A stretch of 64,000 nucleotides of DNA from the NCBI GenBank assembly GCA_039208735.1, contig JBCCQY010000006.1, positions 32,001 to 96,000 on the forward strand, in the 5' to 3' direction. The notes beneath the pieces were generated by a model. That model saw only the letters and a list, made by a program, of their open reading frames with translations. It ran no database searches and was not told the origin of the DNA. Shown in pieces: positions 20,369 through 30,386 of the stretch. Within the stretch, counting starts at the first letter, position 1. Each line of letters opens with the position of its first letter. The translations under genes were made by a program, and so were the position numbers. The stretch is from Myxococcota bacterium. GTDB taxonomy: Bacteria; Myxococcota_A; UBA796; GCA-2862545.

Positions 20369-23300
20369 TCATGTGGTTGGTGAATCCACTTCGTCGAGCA
20401 GGCGTGCCGCAACTTGAAGCTCCTGCACGACCTCGGCCGATTCCAAAATCTCGAGGTCGCGCACCTTCGACCATCCTTGGTCGAGCGCGGTCCGTCCTTT
20501 CTCAACGTCGCCCACCCGAGCCTCGAGCACCGCGTGGCAGGCGTGCAACGTCGCGAGTGCGGTGGGATCCTTGATGCTTCCGATCAGCGCCTCACTCTGC
20601 GCAATCAAGGCTCGACCCGTCTCGATGTCGGATTGCAGGCGTGCGTTCAAGGCAAGCAGGTACCCAAATTCTCGTGGGCGGGAGCGCGGTCTCGTGAGCG
20701 CCACCGCATCGGTATACCGCTGGTTCGCTTCCTCGAACCGCTCTTGTCGTTCGTAGAGGCGTCCCAGAAAGCCGTAGGTCATTCCGGTCAGGGTCGCGTT
20801 GCTACCGGCCTCTGCCGTTTCAACCGCCTTGGTCAGCCAGGTCTCTGCTTCGTCGAGCCGACCCATCAAACGCAGCGTCGAACCAAGGTTCATCGCTGTG
20901 ACACACAGGACTACGGGGCTTTTCAGGGTCTGGGCGCCCTTGTGGGCTCGCCGAAGCTGGGTCTCCGCCTCGGCGAGGCGACCGATGCGGAGGTCCAGTT
21001 CGCCGAGGTTTGCCGTCCAAACCACCTCACTGCTCCGATTTCCCGTCGCTCGGCTACGCTCGAGGGCCTCCTGAAAGCACGACGTCGCTTCTGCGAAATC
21101 TCCTTGTTGGATGGCGATGTTTCCGACGTTTCCAATCCAGTCGGGCAAGCCGCGCAAGTCTCCAACTTCACGACATTGGGCAATCGTACGTTGGTACCAG
21201 GTGCGGGCCTCGGACAAACGGCCCTGTTTTTGGCACATGGTGCCGTAGTGCCCGTAGAGCGTACCGATTTCGTTCGTTTCAGGCTCATCGGCATGCTCGG
21301 CGAGGGCCAATGCTTCCCGATAAAGGGTTTCGGCATCGTCGACCTCAGCTCGAAGGAGCGCGATTTTTCCCGCCCGCGCGAGGGGCAGGAGGAGCGTACT
21401 TGGGGAGCCGTCGCGTCGAGCGACTTCGAGCGCTTCGTCGAGGTAGGTTTGCGCAGCATCGATCTGCATTCGGCCACGGTTGAAGTCCGACAGGCTGCTG
21501 AGCGCGTACACGAGTTCAAACGTTGAGCCACTCGCCCGTGCGGCTTCGACGGCTTGCTGAATGAGGTCAGAGAATCCCGGTGCGCCGGTGATGTGTCGGA
21601 GTTCGGCCGCGCCACGGAGCAGCGCGGCCCGAAAGGCGGGCTCGGTGAGGTGGTCGAGCAGGTGGTCGACGAAGGTGCGCCCAACCTCGAAGGGACCGAA
21701 GTGGCGGAACAATACCGAAGCCACCTGGGCACAACGGCCCGCCACGGCGTGGTCGCCTCGGGCGAGGGCTCGATCGGTCGCAACCAAGAAGTTCTCGCGG
21801 TCCGCATCCAGTTCCCGCAAGGGCCGGTAGGCCCCTTTGCCGTCTCGAGACGGCATCAAGGTTTGCCGGTCGGCAAGTGACGCAAACCACACTCCATGGC
21901 GGATCGCAGCCGCTGCCCCGCCATCGTTCGTGCGGGGTTCGCCCGCCAGCTTGGCCGCCGCAAACTCCCGGACGCTGACCAACATTCGGAGCCGGTCTCC
22001 GTCCGTCATCACGAGGCCCTTGTTCGCGAGTTCGAAGATGACATCCTCAACCCAACCGGCCTCACTGCGGAGTTCGACCACTGCCTGGGCTGCCTCGAGC
22101 GTAAAGCCCCCCTCGAACAACGAGAGCTGGGCGAGCGCGAACCGCTGGTCTTCCGTCAGCAGCTCCCAGCTCCACTGCAACGTCGCCCACAGGGTGCGCT
22201 GCCGCTCCGGGATGTCCTTGGTGGGGCTCTTGAGGACATCAAATCGCCGGGTCAGGCGTGAAAGCAAAGCGACCGGCGACAACAAACGGCTCCGCGCGGC
22301 CGCAAGTTCGATGGCGAGCGGAAGTCGATCGAGAAGGCGGACCAATCGCCGAACATCGGCCTGTTGTCCTTCGAGGGTGAACTGGGCGTTTGCTTCCCTG
22401 GCCCGCTCCGTGAACAGCGCCACTGCCTCTGCTTCATCGAGCAGCTCCAGGACGAATCCCTGCTCTCCGTAGAGTTCGAGAGGGGCGCGACTCGTGACGA
22501 GAACGTGCAGTTCCGGCACGCGGTTGAGCCACTGCCCGACCGTCTCGGCCGCATGCGTGACCACCTGTTCGAAGTTGTCGAGCACGAGGAGCGTAGGGCC
22601 TCGGCGAGTGAGCGTTTCGATAAGGCGGTCGTGGACGTCCCCGAGCAACGGCATTCCGAGGGCGCGGGCCGTCGCCTCGACGATGCCATCGGCTGTGCGC
22701 ACATCGGCAAGTGAGACGAAGGGAATCCCCCCAGGCCAATCGGGCTCGATCCGGCGACCGAGTTCGACGGCAAGTCGGGTTTTGCCGAGCCCTCCTACGC
22801 CAAGAATGGTCACCAATCGGTTCGATGCGACTAGCGCCTGGACCTTCGCCAACGTCGATTGGCGGCCTACGAATCGGTTCCGGTCGAACGAAGGGTACGC
22901 TCCTGAGGCGGGACTGGATGCCGGTTGGAGCGGGCGCTGCAGCAGCACGCCATCGGGAGCCTGCCAGAGGCGTCGAAGCGTGGCGCAGTTCTCGGGACGA
23001 TTCGCAGGTAGGGACTGAAGGGCCGCGGCGATCGCGCCCCGCCATCGCTCGGGCAGGTCTTGGGGAATCGCAGGCCGCCGGCCGGACAGAACGGACTGGA
23101 TGGTCTCGCCGTTGTCGCTTCCTGCGAAGGCCTCCCGGCCGGCCACGACCCGGTACAGCAGGCAGCCCAAGGACCAAACGTCCGAACGCTCATCGACGGT
23201 ACGTGCATCACGAATGTGCTCGGGTGCCATGTAGGCAAGCGTCCCGATCAGCGCGCCGGTCTGGGTCAGTCCCGGCGTATCGCCACCCCGGGGCCGCGCG

Positions 23301-23989
23301 ATTCCAAAGTCCGCCACTTTGGGGACGAGATGGCCGCCTTCGAGGCCGAGCAGCACATTGCTTGGCTTGATGTCGCGGTGAATGATGCCCGACTCGTGGA
23401 TGGCTTGAACCCCCGCCAAGACGCCAAGGGCGATGGCATCGACCTGAGCCTCGGTGAGGAGGGGGTGCGCTCGCAGATAGTCTTCGAGGTCGGGACCATC
23501 GACCAGCTCCGTGACCAGCGCCTGCCGCCCGTCGATCTCAAGGCCCCCCTGGACTGCGACCACGTTGTGATGGTGGACCTGTTCCTGGACAAGGCGCTCC
23601 CTCTGCATGCGGGCTCGGACTGAGGCGTGGGAGTGCTCGAGAATCTTGAGCGCATGCCGGGAGCGAAGCTTTGTGTCCCAGACCTTCCACACCGACGCCG
23701 TCCCGCCGCGCCCGAGCAGCCCTCGCACCTCGTAGCGACCGTGGAGGACGGTGCCGAGTTCGAGCTCGAGGGGCCGCCACGCAAGGTCCAACGACCCCCC
23801 GACGAGTTCCGCAAACGCATCCTCGAATGTGACCGGCGCAGACTCGTCATCGAGGAGCCGTACGACAAAGTCGCGAAGCCCCCGATTGTCGCCGCAGGCC
23901 TCGTCGAGAACCTGGTTGCGAGCGCCCGGGTCAAGGTCTGCGACTTTGATGTAAATCGTGTAGGCGCGTTGGTAGTCCGTAGCGTTCAT
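20369..23989 (-). CDS. Ser/Thr protein kinase fused to STAND-type ATPase and TPR array
   Basis: GRGG, HRDIKPSN, DFG and APE kinase motifs; GVGGLGKTRL Walker A, LVLDNFE Walker B, LPLAIELAA; helical repeats. Confidence 0.92.
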   Translation of the reverse strand: MNATDYQRAYTIYIKVADLDPGARNQVLDEACGDNRGLRDFVVRLLDDESAPVTFEDAFAELVGGSLDLAWRPLELELGTVLHGRYEVRGLLGRGGTASVWKVWDTKLRSRHALKILEHSHASVRARMQRERLVQEQVHHHNVVAVQGGLEIDGRQALVTELVDGPDLEDYLRAHPLLTEAQVDAIALGVLAGVQAIHESGIIHRDIKPSNVLLGLEGGHLVPKVADFGIARPRGGDTPGLTQTGALIGTLAYMAPEHIRDARTVDERSDVWSLGCLLYRVVAGREAFAGSDNGETIQSVLSGRRPAIPQDLPERWRGAIAAALQSLPANRPENCATLRRLWQAPDGVLLQRPLQPASSPASGAYPSFDRNRFVGRQSTLAKVQALVASNRLVTILGVGGLGKTRLAVELGRRIEPDWPGGIPFVSLADVRTADGIVEATARALGMPLLGDVHDRLIETLTRRGPTLLVLDNFEQVVTHAAETVGQWLNRVPELHVLVTSRAPLELYGEQGFVLELLDEAEAVALFTERAREANAQFTLEGQQADVRRLVRLLDRLPLAIELAAARSRLLSPVALLSRLTRRFDVLKSPTKDIPERQRTLWATLQWSWELLTEDQRFALAQLSLFEGGFTLEAAQAVVELRSEAGWVEDVIFELANKGLVMTDGDRLRMLVSVREFAAAKLAGEPRTNDGGAAAAIRHGVWFASLADRQTLMPSRDGKGAYRPLRELDADRENFLVATDRALARGDHAVAGRCAQVASVLFRHFGPFEVGRTFVDHLLDHLTEPAFRAALLRGAAELRHITGAPGFSDLIQQAVEAARASGSTFELVYALSSLSDFNRGRMQIDAAQTYLDEALEVARRDGSPSTLLLPLARAGKIALLRAEVDDAETLYREALALAEHADEPETNEIGTLYGHYGTMCQKQGRLSEARTWYQRTIAQCREVGDLRGLPDWIGNVGNIAIQQGDFAEATSCFQEALERSRATGNRSSEVVWTANLGELDLRIGRLAEAETQLRRAHKGAQTLKSPVVLCVTAMNLGSTLRLMGRLDEAETWLTKAVETAEAGSNATLTGMTYGFLGRLYERQERFEEANQRYTDAVALTRPRSRPREFGYLLALNARLQSDIETGRALIAQSEALIGSIKDPTALATLHACHAVLEARVGDVEKGRTALDQGWSKVRDLEILESAEVVQELQVAARLLDEVDSPTT

Positions 23990-24266
23990 CGCCCGTGTTC
24001 CTATTCTGAAACCCTCTGCGAAGGGCGATCGGACTCAACCGGCGACACCCCTTCGCAACCGAGTGAGGCTGGGCAGGGCTGGCGTGTGACATGTCGCTAG
24101 GCACTGCCATCATCGTGCTTTCGTCCTGACGAACGAATGAGTGGAAGGCTGAGAGACGAGGTTCAAGCCCGATCGGACATCCGTCAGCTCTTTTCGGGGA
24201 AATCGACTGCGGGCGGCTTACGGTCCACCCGCGTGTCGCTTTCATGACGCGGAAGGTGAAGATCCA

Positions 24267-25040
24267 ATGGTTGTTGCACTCCTGTCGTTGTTGTCCAATC
24301 CCGCTTCCGCCCGCGAGGCATTCCTCACTCCGATGGGAGCCATCGCAGGTCCGTGGGCGACGGTCACCCTAAATGACGGTTCCACCGTGACCGGCAAGCC
24401 CAACGCGAAGGGGAAGGGCTTAGGCAACATCAAGAAGATCACCATCAAGTCGCCAGAGGGGGGCAAGGTCAAGCTCACCGCGGCGGACGTGAAGCGCATT
24501 GAACTCGAACCCGGCAAGATGGCGAAGCTTGCCACCACGGCGGCGGGCATGGGTTCGGTGTCTGAAATGGTCCAGCAGGACCATTCAGAGGCTTTCAAAC
24601 GCAACGTCGCGATCTATCTGCCGGCTCGGTACCCCAACGGAAAGTTGTTGCTCGCCCAGCTCCTCAATCCGGGAATGGACGCCATGATTGAGGTTTTCCC
24701 CGACCCCAAGGGCAAGGAGACTGGCGGCATCGCGGTTGGTGGTGTCCAGGCGACCGGTGGCGTGCTCAAGACCTACCTTGTGCGCAAGAAGGGCGAAATG
24801 GACACAGTGCTCATCAAGAAGAACAAGGCGGATGAGGCGTGGGATCTGCTCTTCTCCGATTGCTCGTCGATGAAGCGTCCCGAAAAGTTGGGCTGGAAAG
24901 ACCTTCCGGCGCAGGTGCGGATCCATCAGGACGTCTGCGGTCCAAAGCCCGAGCCGGTGGAAGCGCCGATGGACGAGGCGGAACCTACGGTCGAAGAGGA
25001 CCAGGACGACTCAGAGACCGCGCAGGCCGACGGGGAGTGA
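24267..25040 (+). CDS. Hypothetical secreted protein with acidic tail
   Basis: Signal peptide ending ASA; strong GC3-biased codon usage. Confidence 0.75.
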   Translation: MVVALLSLLSNPASAREAFLTPMGAIAGPWATVTLNDGSTVTGKPNAKGKGLGNIKKITIKSPEGGKVKLTAADVKRIELEPGKMAKLATTAAGMGSVSEMVQQDHSEAFKRNVAIYLPARYPNGKLLLAQLLNPGMDAMIEVFPDPKGKETGGIAVGGVQATGGVLKTYLVRKKGEMDTVLIKKNKADEAWDLLFSDCSSMKRPEKLGWKDLPAQVRIHQDVCGPKPEPVEAPMDEAEPTVEEDQDDSETAQADGE

Positions 25041-25152
25041 TCCACCGGTCGTGATTGCCCATTCAGCATCGATCGTGGTCTGGCCTAGATGAACCGTGCT
25101 AGAGCGCTTCACCGGGAACTCGGGTCGTTCGCGTCCGGAAAAGGGGGCTTGC

Positions 25153-26814
25153 ATGGGTTGGGTTGGAGTTCGTGTGCTTTGGTCGACGCTGCCGCTGCTT
25201 GCCGGATCCGTTGTGGGTTGCGGGGGCGCCATTGTCGATCCCGAGACTCCACCTGGAACGGGCGAGACCGGACCCGGTGAGGTTGGAGGTTCCGAAACGG
25301 GAGGCGACGACACCGGGGGAGACCCTGGTTCGACCGTGCCCGTGGCCTACTATCGAGTGGCTTCTCGAGGCATCTACGCGGCCCCCCTTGATCAGACGGA
25401 AGATGCCACCCGGTTGACCCCACCGTTGGTGGTCGGCGGAGCGGTCCTCGGGTTCGATGTCAACACGACTTCGGGCCGCTTGGTGTATATCGCCGAGCAA
25501 GAGCAAGACGGAGTGCCAGAACTCTACAGGAGTGACCTGGCGGGAGCCAACAACATTAAACTCAATGGACCGTTGGCCCTCCGTTCGAGCATCGGACGTT
25601 TTGAGTGGAATCCAGCCGGTAGCCACGTGGTGTACTCGGTTCGGCAAGTGATGGATCTCTCTTTTCCGACCTTAGAGTTGTACGGCAATGCACTGGATGG
25701 AACCGACAACTTGGCCCTCCATGGGTCGCTGGTACGCGGGGGTGAAATCTTCAATTTCGCCCTAAGCTCGGACGGGAGCCGTGTCGTATATCGGGCCGAC
25801 CAGAACACCGACGGGGTCATCGAGCTGTTTAACAGCACGCTGGACGGGACGGAGCGCCTTCGGCTAAACGAGCAGTTGGTGCCGGGTGGTAATGTGAGTT
25901 CCTTTGTCCTGAGTCCTGACGGGAGTCGTGTGGTGTACCGGGCCGACCAGGACACGCAGGGCGTCTCCGAACTCTACTCCAAGGCGTTCGACGGAACGGA
26001 CGTCGTGAAACTCAATGGGCCGCTGGTGGCCGGCGGCAACGTGCGATCCTTTTTGGTGAGTCAGGATGGGAGCCGTGTGGTGTACCTGGCGGACCAAGAT
26101 ACGGCCGGTACGTTTGAACTGTACAGCAGCGCGACCGACGGCACGGACAACGTGCGACTCAATGGGTCGTTGGTGTCTGCGGGCGATGTGAGCCCCGCCA
26201 ACAACGCGTTTGTCATCAGTCCCGATGGGAGTCGCGTCGTGTACCTGGCGGATCAGGAAACCGATCAACGCCCGGAGCTGTACAGCAGCCGGATTGACGG
26301 CACGGACAACGTGAAAATCAGCGGGCCGCTGGTGTATAATGGCCAGATTGATGTCGGCTTCTCGGTGAGTCCAGACGGGAGCCGTGTGGTCTATCGGGCT
26401 GTCCAGGACACCGTCGATACCATCGAGTTGTATAGCAGTGCGTTGAATGGAACCGACAACGTGCAGTTGAACGGACCGTTGGTGCCTGGTGGTGGCGTGA
26501 TTTCCTTTGCCGTGAGTCCAGACAGCCGTCGTGTCGTGTACCGGGCCGATCAGGATGTCGTCGGGATGAGCGAACTCTACAGCAGCGCGTTGGACGGGAC
26601 GGACAACGTTCGGCTTAACGGGCCGCTTGTGCCTGACGGTAATGTCGAGCGTTTTGTCATCACGGAGGACGGGAGCCGGGTGGTATACTTGGCTGACCAG
26701 GACACCGACGAAATCCTAGAACTCTACAGCAGCGCGATGGATGGCACGGACAACCGACGACACAATGCGTCGCTGCCTGGAGACTTGGGCATCGACGACT
26801 TCATCGTTCGGTGA
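25153..26814 (+). CDS. TolB/PD40-like beta-propeller repeat lipoprotein
   Basis: Lipobox-like VVGC, Gly/Thr/Pro linker, nine roughly 49-aa SPDGSRVVYxADQD...ELY repeats; start approximate. Confidence 0.85.
   Translation: MGWVGVRVLWSTLPLLAGSVVGCGGAIVDPETPPGTGETGPGEVGGSETGGDDTGGDPGSTVPVAYYRVASRGIYAAPLDQTEDATRLTPPLVVGGAVLGFDVNTTSGRLVYIAEQEQDGVPELYRSDLAGANNIKLNGPLALRSSIGRFEWNPAGSHVVYSVRQVMDLSFPTLELYGNALDGTDNLALHGSLVRGGEIFNFALSSDGSRVVYRADQNTDGVIELFNSTLDGTERLRLNEQLVPGGNVSSFVLSPDGSRVVYRADQDTQGVSELYSKAFDGTDVVKLNGPLVAGGNVRSFLVSQDGSRVVYLADQDTAGTFELYSSATDGTDNVRLNGSLVSAGDVSPANNAFVISPDGSRVVYLADQETDQRPELYSSRIDGTDNVKISGPLVYNGQIDVGFSVSPDGSRVVYRAVQDTVDTIELYSSALNGTDNVQLNGPLVPGGGVISFAVSPDSRRVVYRADQDVVGMSELYSSALDGTDNVRLNGPLVPDGNVERFVITEDGSRVVYLADQDTDEILELYSSAMDGTDNRRHNASLPGDLGIDDFIVR
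25462..26811 (+). repeat. Nine tandem coding repeats of about 147 bp
   Basis: Recurring gacgggagccgtgt...gaactctacagcagc...gacaacgt at DNA level. Confidence 0.85.
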
Positions 26815-27530
26815 ACTCCGGTGGGTTGGCTAAACAGGGGGTCGGAGATCCCAGCGTGCCAAAGAACCCCCGCGTCGGACGGGTCGGTAAGCGACTCAAG
26901 ACCCGAGACAGCTTGCTTATCGCCACCCAACAACTGCTGCTCGAGAAGCCCGCATCCGAGATCTCGATTCGAGAAATCACCGATCGAGCTGGGGTCGTAC
27001 ATGCGACGTTCTACAACTACTACCGGACGACCGGCGCAGCCTTCGAGGCGGTGAGCCTCTTGCTGTTTGCTGCGTATGGCGACGTCATCGAACGCACAGT
27101 GGCCGACATCACCGATCCGGCAGAGCGGGTCGCGGCTTCCTCGCGTCAGACCATGCGCGTCGTGAGTCAAAGCCCCCGGTTGGGTAAGCTGCTGTTCGAT
27201 TCCGGGCTTAGTACCGCACCGTTGTTGGAGGGCGTCCGGGCTCGCATTAGCGACGATGTCCGTATGGGGCTCGAGGCTGGCCGCTTCAAGGTCGACAATC
27301 TGGAGCTTGTCATCTCCGCCGCGGCCGCCCTGGGGCTTGGGGTCGCGATCGATGTGTATGAGGGCCGACTGACGGGGCTCTCCGCCGAGGCCGTCGCAGG
27401 GATGGTTCTAAGCATCCTCGGGGTCCCCGACGAAGAAGCCAGGGACATCCTGGCCCGACCTCTGCGGGACCACAAGATGCCAGCCGTGCCCCTGTCGCTC
27501 GTGGAACAGACGACCCGGCTCGGCGACTAG
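26811..27530 (+). CDS. TetR/AcrR family regulator
   Basis: TRDSLL...ISIREITDRAGVVHATFYNYY HTH. Confidence 0.88.
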   Translation: MNSGGLAKQGVGDPSVPKNPRVGRVGKRLKTRDSLLIATQQLLLEKPASEISIREITDRAGVVHATFYNYYRTTGAAFEAVSLLLFAAYGDVIERTVADITDPAERVAASSRQTMRVVSQSPRLGKLLFDSGLSTAPLLEGVRARISDDVRMGLEAGRFKVDNLELVISAAAALGLGVAIDVYEGRLTGLSAEAVAGMVLSILGVPDEEARDILARPLRDHKMPAVPLSLVEQTTRLGD

Positions 27531-27606
27531 CCCCAGGGGGTGCTAGCCATTGATGCTTTGGAAGGTTGATTTTGGCTCTTGAGTTCTAAAAATTGGCACT
27601 TTCTCA

Positions 27607-27627
27607 TTTTTGAGATACTCTCAAAAA
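27607..27627. promoter_or_regulatory. 9-3-9 palindrome, candidate TetR operator
   Basis: TTTTTGAGA-TAC-TCTCAAAAA in the AT-rich gap, about 20 bp before the hydrolase ATG. Confidence 0.6.
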
Positions 27628-27648
27628 AGCAACAATGGAGATGCCACC

Positions 27649-28710
27649 ATGTCCGACCTCCAAGAGATCAAGAAGCTCGTCGGTATGCTCGCCCCTCGGG
27701 CCCTCCCCAATCTCGAGTACGTTTCGTTCGAGGACTTGCGCCTGACGAATGTGCACGACAACGGTATCCGCGAAGACGCACCGATCACCTCGGATATGCG
27801 TTACCCCCGTCCTGCCGAGCTACCGCCGGGCGTCGAGAACGCGCATGGCGAAGTCGAGATGCTCGGCGATGTCGAGGCCACCCACTGGTACGTCGAAGCC
27901 GATGGTGTCACCTGGCACTTCGTGACCACCGGGGACCCGAACCGCGAGCCATTCGTCTTCGTGCACGGGTTCCCAGAGAGCTGGTACACCTTCCATCATC
28001 AAATGCGGGACCTCTCCGATCAGTTCTACTGCATCGGTGTGGATGTCATCGGAAACGGGCAAAGCGACAAACGGCTGGACTTGGACTACCGCTATGCTGC
28101 AATCGCAGCTTCGCTCGCGAAGATGTTGGACAGCATTGGTGTAGAGCGCTTCAATCTGGGCGGGCACGACCGCGGGTCGGTGATTTCAGACCATCTGTTG
28201 AATGTTGAGGGGATGGAGGGGCGGGTTCTGCGCTATGTCCGCATGCAGCAGTCCGCCAACGAGCCGCACGGCGAACCCAAGCCACCACACAAGCTGTTTG
28301 CCTCGTCATGGTTTCCGATGCTCATGCGATGGACGGGCTTCCCCCGTATTGCTTACGCGGCGAGTGCCTACCGTGTAGAGGGCATTGCACCCGAAGTGTT
28401 GGCAAGGCTGGATCACGAATGCAAATACAAAGGCATTGCGGAGGCCTGCCCTCGACAGTTCGACCACACCAGCCTGGAGCAGGAGCTTGAGGATCGGCAC
28501 GGCTTCCTCTTTGCGAAGATGACCATGCCCGTTCTGTTCCTTCAGGGGCGCAACGACCCGGGACAGCATCCTGAAGAATACGAGAAGACACCCGAGTTTG
28601 TATCGAATGGCCGGGTTCAGTTCATCGACGGCAACCACTTTTTCCAGCTGGGGGCCCCCGACGACGCGACCGCGGCGATGCGGACGTTCCTGTCCGAGCC
28701 GCTGTCCTGA
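27649..28710 (+). CDS. Alpha/beta hydrolase, epoxide hydrolase/dehalogenase-like
   Basis: HGFPE, GNGQSD, GHDRG (Asp nucleophile), C-terminal GNHF. Confidence 0.88.
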   Translation: MSDLQEIKKLVGMLAPRALPNLEYVSFEDLRLTNVHDNGIREDAPITSDMRYPRPAELPPGVENAHGEVEMLGDVEATHWYVEADGVTWHFVTTGDPNREPFVFVHGFPESWYTFHHQMRDLSDQFYCIGVDVIGNGQSDKRLDLDYRYAAIAASLAKMLDSIGVERFNLGGHDRGSVISDHLLNVEGMEGRVLRYVRMQQSANEPHGEPKPPHKLFASSWFPMLMRWTGFPRIAYAASAYRVEGIAPEVLARLDHECKYKGIAEACPRQFDHTSLEQELEDRHGFLFAKMTMPVLFLQGRNDPGQHPEEYEKTPEFVSNGRVQFIDGNHFFQLGAPDDATAAMRTFLSEPLS

Positions 28711-28815
28711 CTCCGCGGGCGAGCGAGCCCCCGCTGCGTTCACGGCAGCCCTTTCGGGCGTGCCCCAACGACGAAGGGATGGTAGGCCCATTCGCGACAG
28801 CGCTTCATTTACGTC

Positions 28816-29547
28816 GTGATGGAGGTAACGGTGGTGTGGTTCTTGCTCGCGTGTGGCTCATCTCCAAGCCAAGGCCCTTCGGTCGCTGATCCGCATCCCG
28901 TCGATCATGCGCATGACCAGCATCGGCATCCCAACGCCGAGCATGTTCACCACGACTTCGACGACCCGGAGCGGTGGTCGAAAGTGTTCGACGACCCAGA
29001 GCGCGACGCCTGGCAGAAGCCGGATCAGGTGGTGTCTGGCCTCGATCTCCAACCGGGGATGGTGGTCGCCGACATCGGTGCCGGCACCGGCTACTTCAAC
29101 CGTCGGTTGGCCACGGCCGTGGGTGAAGCAGGCCGGGTGATCGCCATCGATGTCGGAGCCAAGTTGGTCGAACATATGAAGGAGCGGGCTGTCGAGGAGG
29201 CGACACCGCAGGTCGAGGCACGACTAACCCCGCCCGACGCCAGTGGCCTAAGGGCGGGCGAGGCCGACCGGGTGCTCATGGTCGACGTCTACCACCACAT
29301 CGAAAACCGTCCTTCCTACTTCAACGCTCTGCTGGCTGGCCTGAAGCCAGGTGGCGTTCTGACGATCGTAGATCTCACCAAAGAGGCACCCTTCGGGCCG
29401 CCGGTCGAGGCGCGGTTGACCCCTGCAGAGGTCAAGGCGGAGCTTAGCGCGGCCGGCTGGACGTTCGAGCGCGCCATTGACGGACTGCCGCATCAGTACA
29501 TGTTGCGATTCGTTCCGTCCGCCGGCGACGCAGGAGGCGGGGAGTAG
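28816..29547 (+). CDS. Class I SAM-dependent methyltransferase with lipoprotein-like, His-rich N-terminus
   Basis: VADIGAGTGYF motif I; RDAWQKP; DVYHH; LKPGG; LLAC lipobox. Confidence 0.88.
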   Translation: MMEVTVVWFLLACGSSPSQGPSVADPHPVDHAHDQHRHPNAEHVHHDFDDPERWSKVFDDPERDAWQKPDQVVSGLDLQPGMVVADIGAGTGYFNRRLATAVGEAGRVIAIDVGAKLVEHMKERAVEEATPQVEARLTPPDASGLRAGEADRVLMVDVYHHIENRPSYFNALLAGLKPGGVLTIVDLTKEAPFGPPVEARLTPAEVKAELSAAGWTFERAIDGLPHQYMLRFVPSAGDAGGGE

Positions 29548-29687
29548 GCCTCCCGGTTGACCAACCACGAGCCGAATCGTCTCGGCTTTACGAACGACGC
29601 TGTTGAAGGCTGCGAAAGGGATTTCGGTGGCTTGCTCCCATGTGATGTTAAGGTCGGTCCGGTCCGTCGAGCCATCAGGTGAGGTCG

Positions 29688-30251
29688 ATGTCTATCAGCC
29701 GGTTTCCCGTCGCAACTCTCCAGGACCTACCCGACGATCTCCGAGCGCGGATTGAGCCCATTGTGGAACGCTCAGGATTCGTACCCAACATCTTCTTGGC
29801 GTTAGCCCACCGACCCGCCGAGCTGCGCGCGTTTTTGGATTACCACGACGCTCTAATGGAGCGGGATTCCGGCCTGACCAAGGCGGAGCGCGAGATGATC
29901 GTAGTTGCAACTAGCGCAGCAAACGATTGTCTGTACTGTGTGGTCGCGCATGGCGCGATCTTACGGATCCGTGCAAAGAATCATGAGATCGCAGATCGGA
30001 TTGCCGCCAACTGGCGGACCGCGCCCGTGAGTGAGCGTCAGCGGGCCATGCTCACCTTTGCCGTTAAGCTGGCCCTTCGACCGGCAGAAGTCGAGCAAGC
30101 TGATTTGGCTTTGCTGGAGAAAGCTGGGTTTACCCAGGACGAGGTTTGGGACATGGGCTCGATTACGAGTTTGTTCGCCATGTCGAATCGTCTGGCTCAC
30201 ATGAGCGATCTCCAGCCGAACCCAGAGTTCTTTCGGCTTGGCCGCGGGTGA
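29688..30251 (+). CDS. Peroxidase-related enzyme (AhpD/CMD family)
   Basis: GFVPN, EREMIVVATSAANDCLYCVVAHG, NRLA, PNPEF. Confidence 0.92.
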   Translation: MSISRFPVATLQDLPDDLRARIEPIVERSGFVPNIFLALAHRPAELRAFLDYHDALMERDSGLTKAEREMIVVATSAANDCLYCVVAHGAILRIRAKNHEIADRIAANWRTAPVSERQRAMLTFAVKLALRPAEVEQADLALLEKAGFTQDEVWDMGSITSLFAMSNRLAHMSDLQPNPEFFRLGRG

Positions 30252-30334
30252 GGCAGGCGCATCTCGCCCCCCTGCGAAAGATGGCTGGATTCGCATCGCC
30301 AGCCCGGGCTCGCACAAACGTGATGTGGGGTTGT

Positions 30335-30355
30335 TATTGCAATTCAGTTGCAATA
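30335..30355. promoter_or_regulatory. Second copy of the putative Zur-type palindrome
   Basis: TATTGCAATT-C-AGTTGCAATA, about 30 bp before ATG 30387; one arm mismatch versus the 7894 copy. Confidence 0.8.
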
Positions 30356-30386
30356 GCGTCTGGACGTCCCTGGTCGAGGAGCCCGT

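Noticed and set aside
25462..26811. 147-bp repeats as DGR template/variable repeats or a mobile element
   Set aside because: They are tandem in-frame protein repeats; no reverse transcriptase or adenine-specific variation was seen.
29570..29590. Short hairpin AGCCGA-N6-TCGGCT as a terminator
   Set aside because: The stem is short and the T tail minimal; insufficient support.
30252..30386. Cobalamin riboswitch upstream of DUF1636/cbiM
   Set aside because: The gap is short and I found no recognisable B12-box elements by eye; not confirmed by a covariance search.
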